DNA of 64,000 bases from Dictyostelium discoideum (Eukaryota), in the NCBI GenBank assembly GCA_000004695.1, contig CM000150.2:800001-864000 (forward strand), in the 5' to 3' direction. The position numbers and the translations under genes are program-made. The notes beneath the pieces are model-generated. The model was not told the origin of the DNA. It ran no database searches and worked only from the letters and a program-made list of their open reading frames with translations. This document shows positions 1 to 11,677 of the stretch, piece after piece. Numbering within the stretch: position 1 is the first letter of the stretch; the number at the start of each line of letters is the position of its first letter.

Positions 1-788
1 TTACTATTATTATTATTTTCATCACGATTAATGTAAATAGTTTTAATTAATTGACCTGATGAATCAACAATAGTTAGCATAAGTTCAGGTCTTTTTGTAA
101 AAGTTTTTGAGGTGGTTTTTGGTGATGATCTAAATAATAAAGTACAATTAAAGAATCCCATTTGAAGTGAATTTTTATAGAAATGTCTCAAGACAACTTG
201 ATTTGGTTTATCATCTTTAATATTTATTTTTTATTTATAAAATAAAAAAAAAAAAAAAAAAAAAAAACCAAAGCAATTAATATTATTTATTATTTATAAT
301 TTATAATTTATAATTTATTTTTTATTTTTATTATAATTACCATCATTGTATTTGAGACTAATTTCATGGTAGCTCATTGATGAAAGGTTATCGATGAACT
401 TCTTTTTTTTAAATTCAAATGGGATTTTATCAATTTTGAAAGGTATGCCTTTACCTTTTTCAGAATATGAAAAAGTGGGACTTCTTCTTTCAATTTTACG
501 AGAATTTTCAACCACTACAATAATAAGTCTTCCATCTATTAATAAAAAAAAAAAAAAAATTATTGATTAAAAATTAAAAACATTAGTATAAACTTTAATT
601 TGTGTATTTATATATATAACATTACGATCAGTATGTTCATAGGAAGAGCTCTCTTTTCTGAAAATCTCCACAACTTGGTCATCGATTAAAAGCTTGCTGT
701 TATTATCCGAATCAATAGCATCAATAGCATTAATCAAAATTGTTCCATATTCCATATTATTAAATTCTTTGGTTGAAATGAAAACCAT
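1..788 (-). CDS. Hypothetical protein, 3 exons, partial (runs off the window start). Exons roughly 1..230, 315..~513 and ~600..788, with the start codon at 788.
   Basis: Minus-strand ORFs 567..788 and 315..515 join through a GTAATG donor and an AATAG acceptor to give ..SSSYEHTDH/GRLIIVVVENSRKIERR... An in-frame coding stretch continues on the minus strand from ~230 to position 1. I could not recognise a family. Confidence 0.3.
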
Positions 789-802
789 TTTATATATGTA
801 TA

Positions 803-1060
803 TATAAAAAATAATAAATAAAAATAAATAAAAATAAATAAAAATAAATAAAAATAAATAAATAAAATATAAATAAATAAATATGAATAAATAAATATGA
901 ATAAATAAATATAAATAAATAAATAAATAAATAAAAATAAATAAATAAATAAAAATAAATTAATAAATATAAATAAATAAATAAATAAATAAATAATAAT
1001 AAAAAAATAAATAAATAAATAAAATAAATATAAATATATAAATATAAAAAAATAAATTAA
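803..1060. repeat. Microsatellite, (AAATAAAT)n / (AAATAAA)n
   Basis: Direct reading: aaataaataaaaataaataaaaataaat... repeated for about 250 bp. Confidence 0.85.
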
Positions 1061-1415
1061 ATAATAAAATTGATTAATACATAAAATAAAAAAAAATTTT
1101 GTTTGTTCAATTTATATAGAAAAAAAAAAAAAAAAAAAATTAGTAATGAAATTCATTATTATTATTATTTTTATTTTTATTATTATTTTTATTTTTATTA
1201 TTATTGAAATATGAAGTGGAAATCGTTATTCTTAACAACATTTTTTTCTTGTGGTATTGATAGAGTGTGAAGATTAAGGAATAAAAAAAAACCAAAAAAA
1301 ACCAAAAAAAAAATTTAACCATATTAGGTGCTCTACCCCACCCAAAATGATTAAAAAATAATAAAAAAAAAAAAAAAAAATTAAAAATAAAAAAATGAAC
1401 CCAGAGTGTTTATTA

Positions 1416-1452
<37 letters not shown>

Positions 1453-2088
1453 GAATGCATAAATAAATATGCTATCAATGTGTAAAGATAAAATATTTTT
1501 ACACATTAGATTAACAAAAAAAAAAAAAAAAAAAAATTGATAATAAAAATAATGTTTATTTAAGTGTGAGAGAGAGTTAGTTTTCCTAAAAATAAATTTT
1601 CGATTTTTTTTTTTTCTTTTATTTATTTATTTTTTTTTTTATTTTTTTTTTCCAACTTGAAAATTAACTGTTTTTAATCTATTTATAGAAAAAAAACAAT
1701 AATAATTTTAATGATGCAATGCATGATACTAATAATTATTTTCTTATTTTTTTAATTTACAAATTTTATTTATTTATTTATTTTATTTTTTTTATTTTTT
1801 TAATTTTTTTTTATTTTTTTATTTTTTTTATTTTTTGGGCGGGTGAGAACTCATTAAGCGATTGTTGAATACATACTTTTTTTTCTATCATGGTTGAAGT
1901 TCAGGTGCCAAATTTTATAAATGTTTTTTGTTCATTTTAATAAAAAAAAAAAAAAAAAAAAAAACAAAATGATTTGATTGAAAGCCATGAATTATAAACT
2001 TTTTTGAATTTTTTTTTTTTTTTTTATTTTTTTTTTATATTATTTTTTTTTTTTTTTTATTTTTTAATCAATTAAAAGCGAAAATAAA

Positions 2089-3443
2089 ATGGAGAATAGT
2101 GAAGATATTTCATTGAATTCTTCTGAAAAATCGATAGAATCTAGTGTTGTTAATTTAGAGGATCAACAACAATCCCAACAACAAACCCAACAACAAACAT
2201 GTCAAAAAACATTTGTTCAAGAAGCACCAGAATTAACAATACTAATTGATAAATTAATTCAACTTAAACATTCAAATAAAGATGAATTAATAAGTAATAC
2301 TACTAGAATAATCTATATAATTGATCAATATTTAGAACAACCAACATTATTAGATATTCATTTAAACGATATAATTCAACCATTAATAAATTTCATAAAA
2401 TCAAATTATATAAATAACTCTAATAATAATAATACAACAACAACAACAACAACAATAATGACTGAAACAGAAATAGTAATAAAGAAATTATCAATTAAAA
2501 ATTCATTTAGAATTATATATGTCCTATCAAAAGTTAGAGGATTTAAAACAATAGTTAAATTATTTCAACACGAAGCAATTGATCTATTACCAGTATTAGA
2601 TCAATTAGAGATCTCTTATCACCAATGGGTTAATATTAATAAACAAAGAGATAGATTAAATGAAATTTCAGTTTCATATTCAAGTGGTATAAATTTAAAA
2701 AACTATATCAAACCAGAAGAAGAATCAGAACAAGAAGTAGTAGATGAAAATAATAATAATATTAATAATAATCATAATATTGATGATGAATATAATGAAA
2801 ATATTATATCATGGGAAGAAGTTTATGTGTTAGCATTATGGGTTTCATTATTAGTTATAATTCCATTTAAATTTAGTTCATTAGATTCTGCAAGTAGTGG
2901 TACTGCTTCTGCTGCTGGTGATGGTGGTGATGGTGATGGTGATGGTCAATTAAAAAGTATATCATCAAGAATTTTAAAATTAGGTAAATTAGCATTAAGT
3001 GATGTTTCAAAGATTAGAGATTCTTTCTCTGAATTATTATCAAAACTTTTAAATAGACCTGATATGAAATTTGAACAAAAACAATTTATAAAATGGTGTA
3101 CAAATTCAATTCAATTAATTAGTAATAATAATAATAATAATAATCAAAATAATAGTAGTAATAATAATATATTATTAATTATTGGTATATATAGTACATT
3201 AGCAACAATGTTTAAAAAAGGTAATAGATTAGACTTTTTACCAATTGATATGAATTTATATGAAAAGATAATGGAAGCAAATAAATATTTATCATTATCA
3301 GGTTCAGAACGTATTACAAAGAAAATATTTTTAAAATTATTACAAAGAATTGCAATCATTATGTTACCACCAGTATCTGCTTCTTGGAGATATCAAAAAA
3401 TAATTAAACCATTATTATTAAAAGGTGAATTAATAAAACAAAT

Positions 3444-3474
<31 letters not shown>

Positions 3475-6400
3475 AATAATAATGAAGAAGGAGAGGAAGA
3501 GGAAGAAGAAATACCAGAAGAAATTGATGAAATTTTAGAAGAGATTATGAAATCATTAAAAGATAAAGATACAATTATTAGATGGACTAGTGCAAAGGCA
3601 ATTGGTAGAATTGTAAATTTATTACCAAAGGATATGGGTGATCAAGTGATTGGCTTGGTTATTGATCAAATGTTTGAGAAGAATGAATTCATTGATGCAG
3701 ATCCGTCAGCATGGCATGGTGGTTGTTTGGCATTGGCAGAGTTGGCACGTAGAGGTTTACTATTGCCAGAGAGATTGGATGTAGTTGTGCCATTGGTGAT
3801 AAGAGCACTGTTTTTCGATATCATTAAAGGCACCTACAGCATTGGGTCACACGTTAGAGATAGTGCTTGCTATTTATGTTGGGCACTGGCTAGAACCTAT
3901 CATAATTCCATTCTCTCGCCATACCTATTACCAATTTGTAGAAATTTAGTCGTAGTTTCGTTATACGATCGTGAAATTAATTGTAGGAAATCTGCATCGG
4001 CTGCATTTCAAGAAATGGTTGGCAGACATCAAGGATTAGTACCTAACGGTATTGAAATTGTAACGAGTGCTGATTTCTTTACAGTTGGTAATAAAAATAA
4101 TTCATTTACAAGTTTGACCACATTCATTGGTAAATTTCAAATTGATTATTATCCAATAGTTATTAAACATTTGGCAACTATAAAAATCTATAATTGGGAT
4201 TTAGAAATCCGACAATTAGCAAGTAAATCAATTCATCTATTAACAAATATTAATCCAAATGATATCGTTAGTAATTATTTACCATTAATTATACCAAATA
4301 CACAATCTGATTTAGTTCATGTTAAACATGGTGCTTCATTAGCAATATCTGAAATTTTAATTAGTTTATTTGAAAATAATAATATTAATTTATTATCTGA
4401 TAATTTAAAAATGGTAAATATATCTATATTTAATAATTTATTATTATTATTATTTTAATTTATTAATTATATCTTTTTTTTTTTTAAAATAGATGATTTT
4501 AATGACAATTAAAAATACAAAGAATGAAAAATTATTTAAAGGTAAAGGTGGTGTTTTAATTAGAATTGGAATGTGTAAAATTATTTATTCAATTTGTTTA
4601 GTTGAATTTTCGTTAGATAAGAATTTATCAGAAATTAAAAAACCAACAGAATCAACTAGTACTAATGGTAATGAAGATAGAGCAGCAGCATTAAAATTAA
4701 AAATTGCAATGTTAAAAGCAAAAACAGCATCACAAATTAATAAACCAATTATTACACCTCCATCATCAAAATCTACAACAAATAATAATAATAATAATAA
4801 TAATAATAATTTAAATGATAATGAAATTGCATTTAATATTATACTTGGATATTTAAATGAAAATTTAAATCATCCAAATGAAGAAGTTCAAAAAGAAGCA
4901 AGTAAAGCATTTGAATTATTATTTAGTAAATATATATCATCGAATGAAAAGATATCATTATTATTAGAATTAATTGATTCACATTGTAAGACATTAAAAT
5001 TTGATATAAATAGATCAGCAAGAAGAGGTTCATCATTATTATTAGGTTCATTACCATTCAATAGTGCAAATTTATCATATGACCTTTTATCAAAGGTTGT
5101 AAATGAATTAATTCTTTCAATATTTCAAGATGACCCTAAATTTAAAGATATTGAAACTAGAGTTAATTCAATCTCTTCATTATATAAAATTGGAATTTAT
5201 ATTTTAAATTTAATATTTAAAAATCAAGAAAATGAACAAAAAGAAGAAGAAGATTTTAAAAAATCAAAAAATTATAATTTATTTATTAAAATTTGGAATT
5301 GTTTAGGATTAGCTACAAATGATTATTCAATTGATAAAAGAGGTGATATTGGTTCTTGGGTTAGAGAATTATCATGTAAAGTTTTATTTGATTTTATTAA
5401 ATTTATTATTACTAATCAAAATAGCTCAACTACCACTACTACTGCCAGTACTACTGACTTATCAATTGAAAATTTAATTAATGAAAAAATGATTACAGAA
5501 TTCATTTGTAAATTATTCCAACTTTCAGGTGAGAAATTGGATAAGATTAGAGATGTAGCTTGTAAGATAATTCATGAATTACTTTGGATTGAGAATCCAT
5601 CATCAATTAATAATATACCGCATAAGGAGGAATTAAAGAAAATCATTGTAAAGGATCAAGATGTTCATTTCAATTGGTTTAGAACAGAAGAATCTTTACC
5701 ATTAATTTGTAAAGTGCTCAAATTCAATTGTTATTTATATCCATTACTATTCGGCTTATTCTCATCATTAGGTGGTACTTCGAAATATTTAATTAACGAT
5801 TCCATTCAATCGATTAAACAATACTTTTCATCATTTGATAATGACGAAAAAGAGAGATTTGAAAAAATTATATCATTCTCAAAAGCAATATTAGAAATAA
5901 CTAATAATACAACTCAAAGAATGATACAACCAACTTTTAGATCAATTTATAATCTTTTATCAACTCATATATTTGATTTCTTAATAATTAATAATTTAAA
6001 TGAACAATCTATTTTTGAAACTATTTTATTTAATTGTTATCAAATTATTGAATCAAATCAAGATGATATTTATTTATTATTAAATTCAATTGAATTGTAA
6101 GTAGTGTTTTTAATGTTATTATTATTATTATTTGTAGTAGTAGTGGTGTGTATTCCTATATTAACACTTATTTTTTTATTATTTTTTAGATTTTCATACT
6201 TTTTCATTCAATTTGAAAATAATAATAATGAATATATTAAAGATTATTCATTAAAAGCTTTATTATTATTATTATCTAATTTAAAATATCCAAAAGTTAG
6301 AAAATTAGCATCTGATCAATTAAAGAAATCAACTAGATTATTTATCAACAATAATGGGGATGATGAAACACCATCCTTAATTAAATCATTAATATTCAAT

Positions 6401-6703
6401 ACAAAATGGGATGATTCTGTAGATTTGATTATAGAACCTTTAAAATCATTATTATTACTTTTAAATCAAAAACATTTATTAGAATTATTATCTGAAAATC
6501 CAACTAAAAAACCAATACCATTAGCTCCACCAATTACATCAATTGAAGAATTAAAAGATAAAATTCAAAATCCACATAAACAATCAGATGATAATAATAA
6601 TAATAATAATGGTGAATTAATAAATAATAATACTGAAAATAATAATAATAATAATTTTGATGATAATTTACCAGAAGATTCTCAAGATTTAATGGAAATT
6701 TAA
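2089..6703 (+). CDS. Tubulin-folding cofactor D (TBCD) homologue, 3 exons: 2089..4413, 4493..6096, 6190..6703.
   Basis: HEAT-repeat protein. The motif DTIIRWTSAKAIGRIVNLLP...DPSAWHGGCLALAELARRGLLLPERL...VRDSACYLCWALARTY matches the conserved TBCD core (WHGGCLALAELxRRGLL). Exon 1 to 2: GTAAAT donor at 4414, AG acceptor at 4491-4492, phase 0. Exon 2 to 3: GTAAGT donor at 6097, a 93-nt intron (a multiple of 3, containing an in-frame TAA), TTTTTTAG acceptor at 6189. Confidence 0.6.
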
Positions 6704-6803
6704 AAAAAAATAAAATAAAATAAAATAAATAAAAATAATTGTTTTTTTTTTTTTAATTTTTTTTATTTTATTTACATTTATTTTATTTGTTTTTTGTTTT
6801 TAT

Positions 6804-9101
6804 TTAATAACCTCTAATTTCTTTTAAAACTTTATCTTTTTCACTTGAAGAAACTTTACCATAACTTGAAAATTCCATTGAAAAAGAAGCATTACCAGAA
6901 GTGAAACTTCTCAATTGAGTTGAATAACCAATCATTTCTTTAAGTGGAACGATAGCAGAGATTATATGAGTATTCTTTTCCATACCAACATCTAAAATTG
7001 TACCTCTTCTTTGACGTGATAAATCTGATAAAACATTTCCAAGATATTTTTCATCAACAGTAATTTCAATTTTCATTAATGGTTCTAAAATGATTGGTTC
7101 GCATTGTTCACCCAATGCAATAAAATTTTTAATACTACTCATTCTAAAAGCTAATGGTGGTGAATCAGAATCTGAATTATAATCAATGGCACTTATGGTG
7201 ACTTTAGTATCAACAACTGGGAAACCCATTGGTAAACCACGTTGGAATGATGATTCTAAACCTTCGGTTATTGAAATTTTAATTTTTTCCAATGTTGATT
7301 TATCAAATGATTCTAAAAATCCCTTTTTGAAATCGAAAATGATTTCATTACCTGTACCAATTTCTTTTGGTTCAATTGACATATTAATACCAGCATGGAA
7401 TGTTTTCATACCTGTACCAGTTTGGATGTTAAATTCTGATTGATTGATTCCATCATCAGCTTCATCAAATGTTGATTGTGATGAATAAGAAATTGAGCCA
7501 CGATATTGAACTTGCATTTTACCCATTCTACTATCGACTTTAAAGTGATTATCTAAACGATCTTTTATAATCTCCAAATGAAGTTCACCCATACCACTAA
7601 TTAAAATATTTTGATCATCTGTAACTTGAAAATGGAATGATGGATCCTCTTTTTGAAGAATAGTTAATGCATCTATCAATTGTGGAATTTCACTTTCAGA
7701 ATTTGCTTCCAATGTACAAAAGAAAACTGGTGGTGGTGTTTTAATACCATTTAATATGATTTTTGGTGCCTTATCAAAGTCTCTAACTAGTGTATCACCG
7801 GTTGAAACATTCTTTAAACCAAGGATTGCACCAATATCACCAGCTTTCAATTCTTGAATATCATCCATTTCACTTGCTGATACTTGAAGTAATTTTGTTG
7901 CTCTTTCTCTTGATTTTCTTGTTGAATTATAAATGTTTGTACCAGCTTTTAATATACCAGAATAAACACGAGTATAAACTATTAAACCACGTCTTGGATC
8001 ATGTACCACTTTAAATGCCAATGCTACCAATTCACCTTTTGTATCACTTTTAATTGGTATATTGGTTTTAGGATTTGATTCATCATATGGATTTGGTAAA
8101 ATGGCTAATGGTGGTTCTCTATCGATTGGTGATGGTAAAAAATCTACAACACTATCCAATAATTGTTGAACACCTTTATTTTGTAATGATGTACCATATA
8201 AAACTGGTACTGCTTTAATTGATAATGTTACTCTTCTAATTGCTTCTTTCATTTGAGTTGGTGTAATTTTTGAATCATCACCATCATTCTCCAAGTATAA
8301 TTGTAACATATCTTCATCCAAATCTGAAAGTTTTTGAATTAATTCCGATCTTTTCTCTTTAACCAATTCAATTGTCTCTTGATCCAATAAAGTTTGATTT
8401 GATGTTGACGTTGTTAAAAGTGGTGTTTTTTCAATGATTTCACCTTTTTCACCTGACCATGAAATTAAATTCATTTCAATTAAATCTACAACAGTTGAAA
8501 ATTTTGCACCAGTGCCTAATGGCCATTGAATTGGTAAAGGATTTGCACCTAAACGATCAGTCATCATTTTTAAAGTTTTATCAATTGATGAACCTTCTCT
8601 ATCCATTTTATTGATAAATGCAATTCTTGGTACTTTATATCTTTCCGCTTGATTCCAAACTGTAATGGATTGAGCTTGAACTCCTGCAACACCATCAAAA
8701 ATTGCAACACCACCATCAATCACTCTAACTGATCTTTCAACCTCAACTGTGAAATCAACATGTCCTGGTGTATCTACAATATTAATTCTATGATCATTCC
8801 ATGGAATTGTAACTGTTGCTGCACCAATTGTAATACCTCTTTCTCTTTCTAATTTCATATAATCCATTATTGTATCTCCTTTATGAACTTCACCAATTCT
8901 TTTAATTAAACCTGAATAATATAACATTCTTTCACATGTTGTGGTTTTACCTGCATCAACATGTGCAATAATACCAATATTTCTATAATTATTTATTTGA
9001 TTTGAAACATTTTTTGTTTGATTTAAAAATGATGAATAATTTCTAATTGAATTTTGAATTAAATTTTTTCTAATTTTATTATTACATAAATTTTTTAACA
9101 T
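6804..9101 (-). CDS. Mitochondrial elongation factor G2 / ribosome-releasing factor 2 (GFM2-like)
   Basis: 765 aa. The N-terminus looks like a mitochondrial presequence. The GTPase motifs [56 protein letters not shown] and FINKMDR are present, and the N-terminal region aligns with GFM2/RRF2mt rather than EF-G1. Confidence 0.75.
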   Translation of the reverse strand: MLKNLCNNKIRKNLIQNSIRNYSSFLNQTKNVSNQINNYRNIGIIAHVDAGKTTTCERMLYYSGLIKRIGEVHKGDTIMDYMKLERERGITIGAATVTIPWNDHRINIVDTPGHVDFTVEVERSVRVIDGGVAIFDGVAGVQAQSITVWNQAERYKVPRIAFINKMDREGSSIDKTLKMMTDRLGANPLPIQWPLGTGAKFSTVVDLIEMNLISWSGEKGEIIEKTPLLTTSTSNQTLLDQETIELVKEKRSELIQKLSDLDEDMLQLYLENDGDDSKITPTQMKEAIRRVTLSIKAVPVLYGTSLQNKGVQQLLDSVVDFLPSPIDREPPLAILPNPYDESNPKTNIPIKSDTKGELVALAFKVVHDPRRGLIVYTRVYSGILKAGTNIYNSTRKSRERATKLLQVSASEMDDIQELKAGDIGAILGLKNVSTGDTLVRDFDKAPKIILNGIKTPPPVFFCTLEANSESEIPQLIDALTILQKEDPSFHFQVTDDQNILISGMGELHLEIIKDRLDNHFKVDSRMGKMQVQYRGSISYSSQSTFDEADDGINQSEFNIQTGTGMKTFHAGINMSIEPKEIGTGNEIIFDFKKGFLESFDKSTLEKIKISITEGLESSFQRGLPMGFPVVDTKVTISAIDYNSDSDSPPLAFRMSSIKNFIALGEQCEPIILEPLMKIEITVDEKYLGNVLSDLSRQRRGTILDVGMEKNTHIISAIVPLKEMIGYSTQLRSFTSGNASFSMEFSSYGKVSSSEKDKVLKEIRGY

Positions 9102-9236
9102 ATTTAATTTTTCGTTTTTTTTTTTTTAATTTAAAAAAACGAATAATTAAATGTAAAAACTAATTTTCATATTTTTTTTTTTTTTCAAAAAAATAAAATT
9201 TTTTTTTTTTTTTTTTTTTAATCACCATTTGATTTT
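9102..9236. promoter_or_regulatory. Short divergent intergenic region (~135 bp) shared by the EF-G2mt (-) and MYG1 (+) start codons; putative bidirectional promoter.
   Basis: The start codons sit at 9101 (minus) and 9237 (plus). The sequence between them is A/T homopolymer-rich. Confidence 0.4.
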
Positions 9237-9371
9237 ATGAAAAGATTTTATTCAACTTTAAAAAAAATGTCTGATTTAACAATTTGCACTCATTCAGGTA
9301 GTTTTCATGCTGATGAAGCTTTAGCTTGTTATTTATTAAAATTATTACCAACATATAAAGATTCAAGTAAG

Positions 9372-9402
<31 letters not shown>

Positions 9403-10455
9403 AACCGAACGTTTTAAGAAAACTAATTTCTAAAAATAATTTTTTTTTTTTTTTTTTATTTATTTTTAGAAATTATTAGAAGTAGAGATAAAAGTGTAAT
9501 TGAAAAATCAACAGTTGCAGTTGATGTTGGAGCAGTTTATAATTTTGAAAAATTAAGATTTGATCATCATCAATCAGGATTCACAGAAACATTTGATGAT
9601 AAACATGATATTAAATTATCAAGTGCAGGTTTAATTTATAAACATTATGGTAAAGATATCATTAAACAACGTTTAGATACAAATGATTCAATTACAGAAT
9701 TATTATATCAAAAACTTTATGATAGTATGATTCAAGAATTGGATGGTGTTGATAATGGTGTTGAAAGATATCCATCAGATATTAAACCAAGATATCAATC
9801 TGGTTCATCAATTAGTGCTAGAGTTGGCCATTTAAATCAAGGTTGGAATGAACCACAAGATGATGAAATTGTAAATAAACAATTTGAGAAAGCAATGGAA
9901 TTAATGGGTCAATACTTTTTAGATCGTTTAGATTATTATGGTAAAGTAAGTATAAATTTATATAAATAAATATAAATAAATATAAATAAAAAAATAAATA
10001 AATAAATAATAATTTTTTTTATTTTTTATTTTCTAAATTAGTCATGGTTACCATGTAGATCAATTGTTGAAAATGCTTTAGAAAATAGAAAACAAACTCA
10101 TTCATCAGGTGAAATTTTAATTTTAGATATGTTTTGTCCATGGAAAGATCATTTATTCTCATTAGAACAAGAAAAGGATATTAAAACTCCAATTAAATTT
10201 GTACTTTTTGAAGATACATCAGGTCAATGGAGAGTATCAGCAGTTGGTATCAATTTACATTCATTCACACTTCGTTTACCACTTCCAGAGGAATGGAGAG
10301 GTAAAAGAGATGAAGAATTATCTCAAATTAGTGGTATTGAAGGTTGTGTTTTTGCTCATGCAAATGGTTTCATTGGTGGTAATAAAACTAGAGAAGGTGC
10401 TTTATTAATGGCAATTAAAACTTTAAATCAATCTCCAAAAACTTTACTTGAATAA
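9237..10455 (+). CDS. MYG1 / UPF0160 family metal-dependent 3'-5' RNA exonuclease, 3 exons: 9237..9366, 9470..9945, 10042..10455.
   Basis: The N-terminus MSDLTICTHSGSFHADEALACYLLKLLP is the MYG1 signature. After splicing, VDVGAVY..FDHHQSGFTETF..SSAGLIYKHYG and VDNGVERY..ARVGHLNQGWNEP are conserved. The C-terminus CPWKDHLF..SGQWRVSAV..LPLPEEWRG..GCVFAHANGFIGGNKTREGAL matches human MYG1 almost end to end. Donors are GTAAGT at 9367 and 9946; acceptors are TTTTTAG at 9469 and AAATTAG at 10041. Confidence 0.85.
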
Positions 10456-10582
10456 ATAAAATAAAATAAAATAAAATAAAATAAAATAAAATAAAAAAAA
10501 AAAAAATAGATCTATAGTTTAATTTATTATTTTTATTTTTTATTAATTATTTATTATATAAATTACTAGTTTTGAAAATTTT

Positions 10583-11472
10583 TTAATTACTATTAATTTC
10601 TTTTAATTTTGTTTCAGTTATTTTTGTAATTGATTTTATATAATCATCAGTAATTTTTTGAATATTTTTTTCAAGGGTCTTTTCATCATCTTTTGTAAGT
10701 TTGTAACGTTTTAAAATATCCATACCATCTTTTCTGTGTCTTCTAATTGAAACTTTTGCATCTTCAGAGATTGTATTTACTTGTTTAATTAATTTTTGTC
10801 TTAAATCTTGAGTTGGTTTTGGTAATGATACTCTAATTGTTGTATCAAATGTTTGAGGATTTAATCCTAATCCAGAGTTTGTTAATGCTCTTTCTACATT
10901 ACTAAGTAACTTTATTATTATTATTATTTTTTATTATTATTAAAAACAATTATTAATTATTAATTATTAATTGTTTTTTTTAAAAATTTAGTTTTTAAAA
11001 TACATACAGAACTATCATATAATGTAATATTTAAAGTTAAAGAATCTTTAATAGTAATCATTGCCATATGTGGTAATAGTAAATTACCACTTGGAGTTTC
11101 AACATTAATACGTTCTAATAATTCTGGACCAACACGACCAAAACGAATATTACCTAATTCTCTTGAAACGTATTCTATAGTTTTATCACCTTGACTACTA
11201 ACTGAACTAATATCAACTTGTTTCCATGGTGTGAAAACTTCATCATCTTTACTATTGCTTTTACCACCACCACCACCACCACTCTTTTTAGCTCTTAATG
11301 TCATTACTGAATTTTCATTAAAAATTGAAAATGGTGATCTTCTTTGAAATGATGATGTTGTTGTGGTTTTTGCAACACTAATAATACCTCTATAAGTTTG
11401 TTGTTGTTGATTTGAATTGTTACCAATTGAACGAACAAAACATCCTGAAAATCTATTAATTCCTCTAATCAT
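10583..11472 (-). CDS. Mitochondrial ribosome recycling factor (RRF/frr family), 2 exons: 11008..11472 and 10583..10909.
   Basis: Exon 1 carries IRFGRVGPELLERINVETPSGNLLLPHMAMITIKDSLTLNITLYDSS. This aligns to the E. coli RRF stretch [52 protein letters not shown] donor at 11007 and an AG acceptor at 10910-10911 give the continuation LLSNVERALTNSGLGLNPQTFDTTIRVSLPKPTQDLRQKLIKQVNTISEDAKVSIRRHRKDGM.., which matches RRF domain II. The N-terminal extension is presequence-like. An alternative upstream ATG at 11511 would add a poly-Lys stretch. Confidence 0.75.
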
Positions 11473-11549
11473 TTTCTTTTTTTTTTTTTTTTTTTTTATT
11501 ATTTTTTTCAAATAATAAACACAAATGAAAATATAATATATCTTAAAAA

Positions 11550-11590
<41 letters not shown>

Positions 11591-11677
11591 AAAAAAGTAT
11601 AAACGAAATTTTTACGAGATATTCATTTTTCATATTTTCATTTTATTTTTATTTTTATTTTTATTTTTTATTTTTTT

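Noticed and set aside
803-1060. Regularly spaced short repeats, considered for a CRISPR-like array
   Set aside because: It is a simple (AAATAAAT)n microsatellite with no unique spacers, and the sequence is eukaryotic.
3144-3359. Minus-strand 71-aa ORF inside the TBCD exon
   Set aside because: It is antisense to a well-supported coding exon, and its poly-Leu composition comes from an A-rich codon run.
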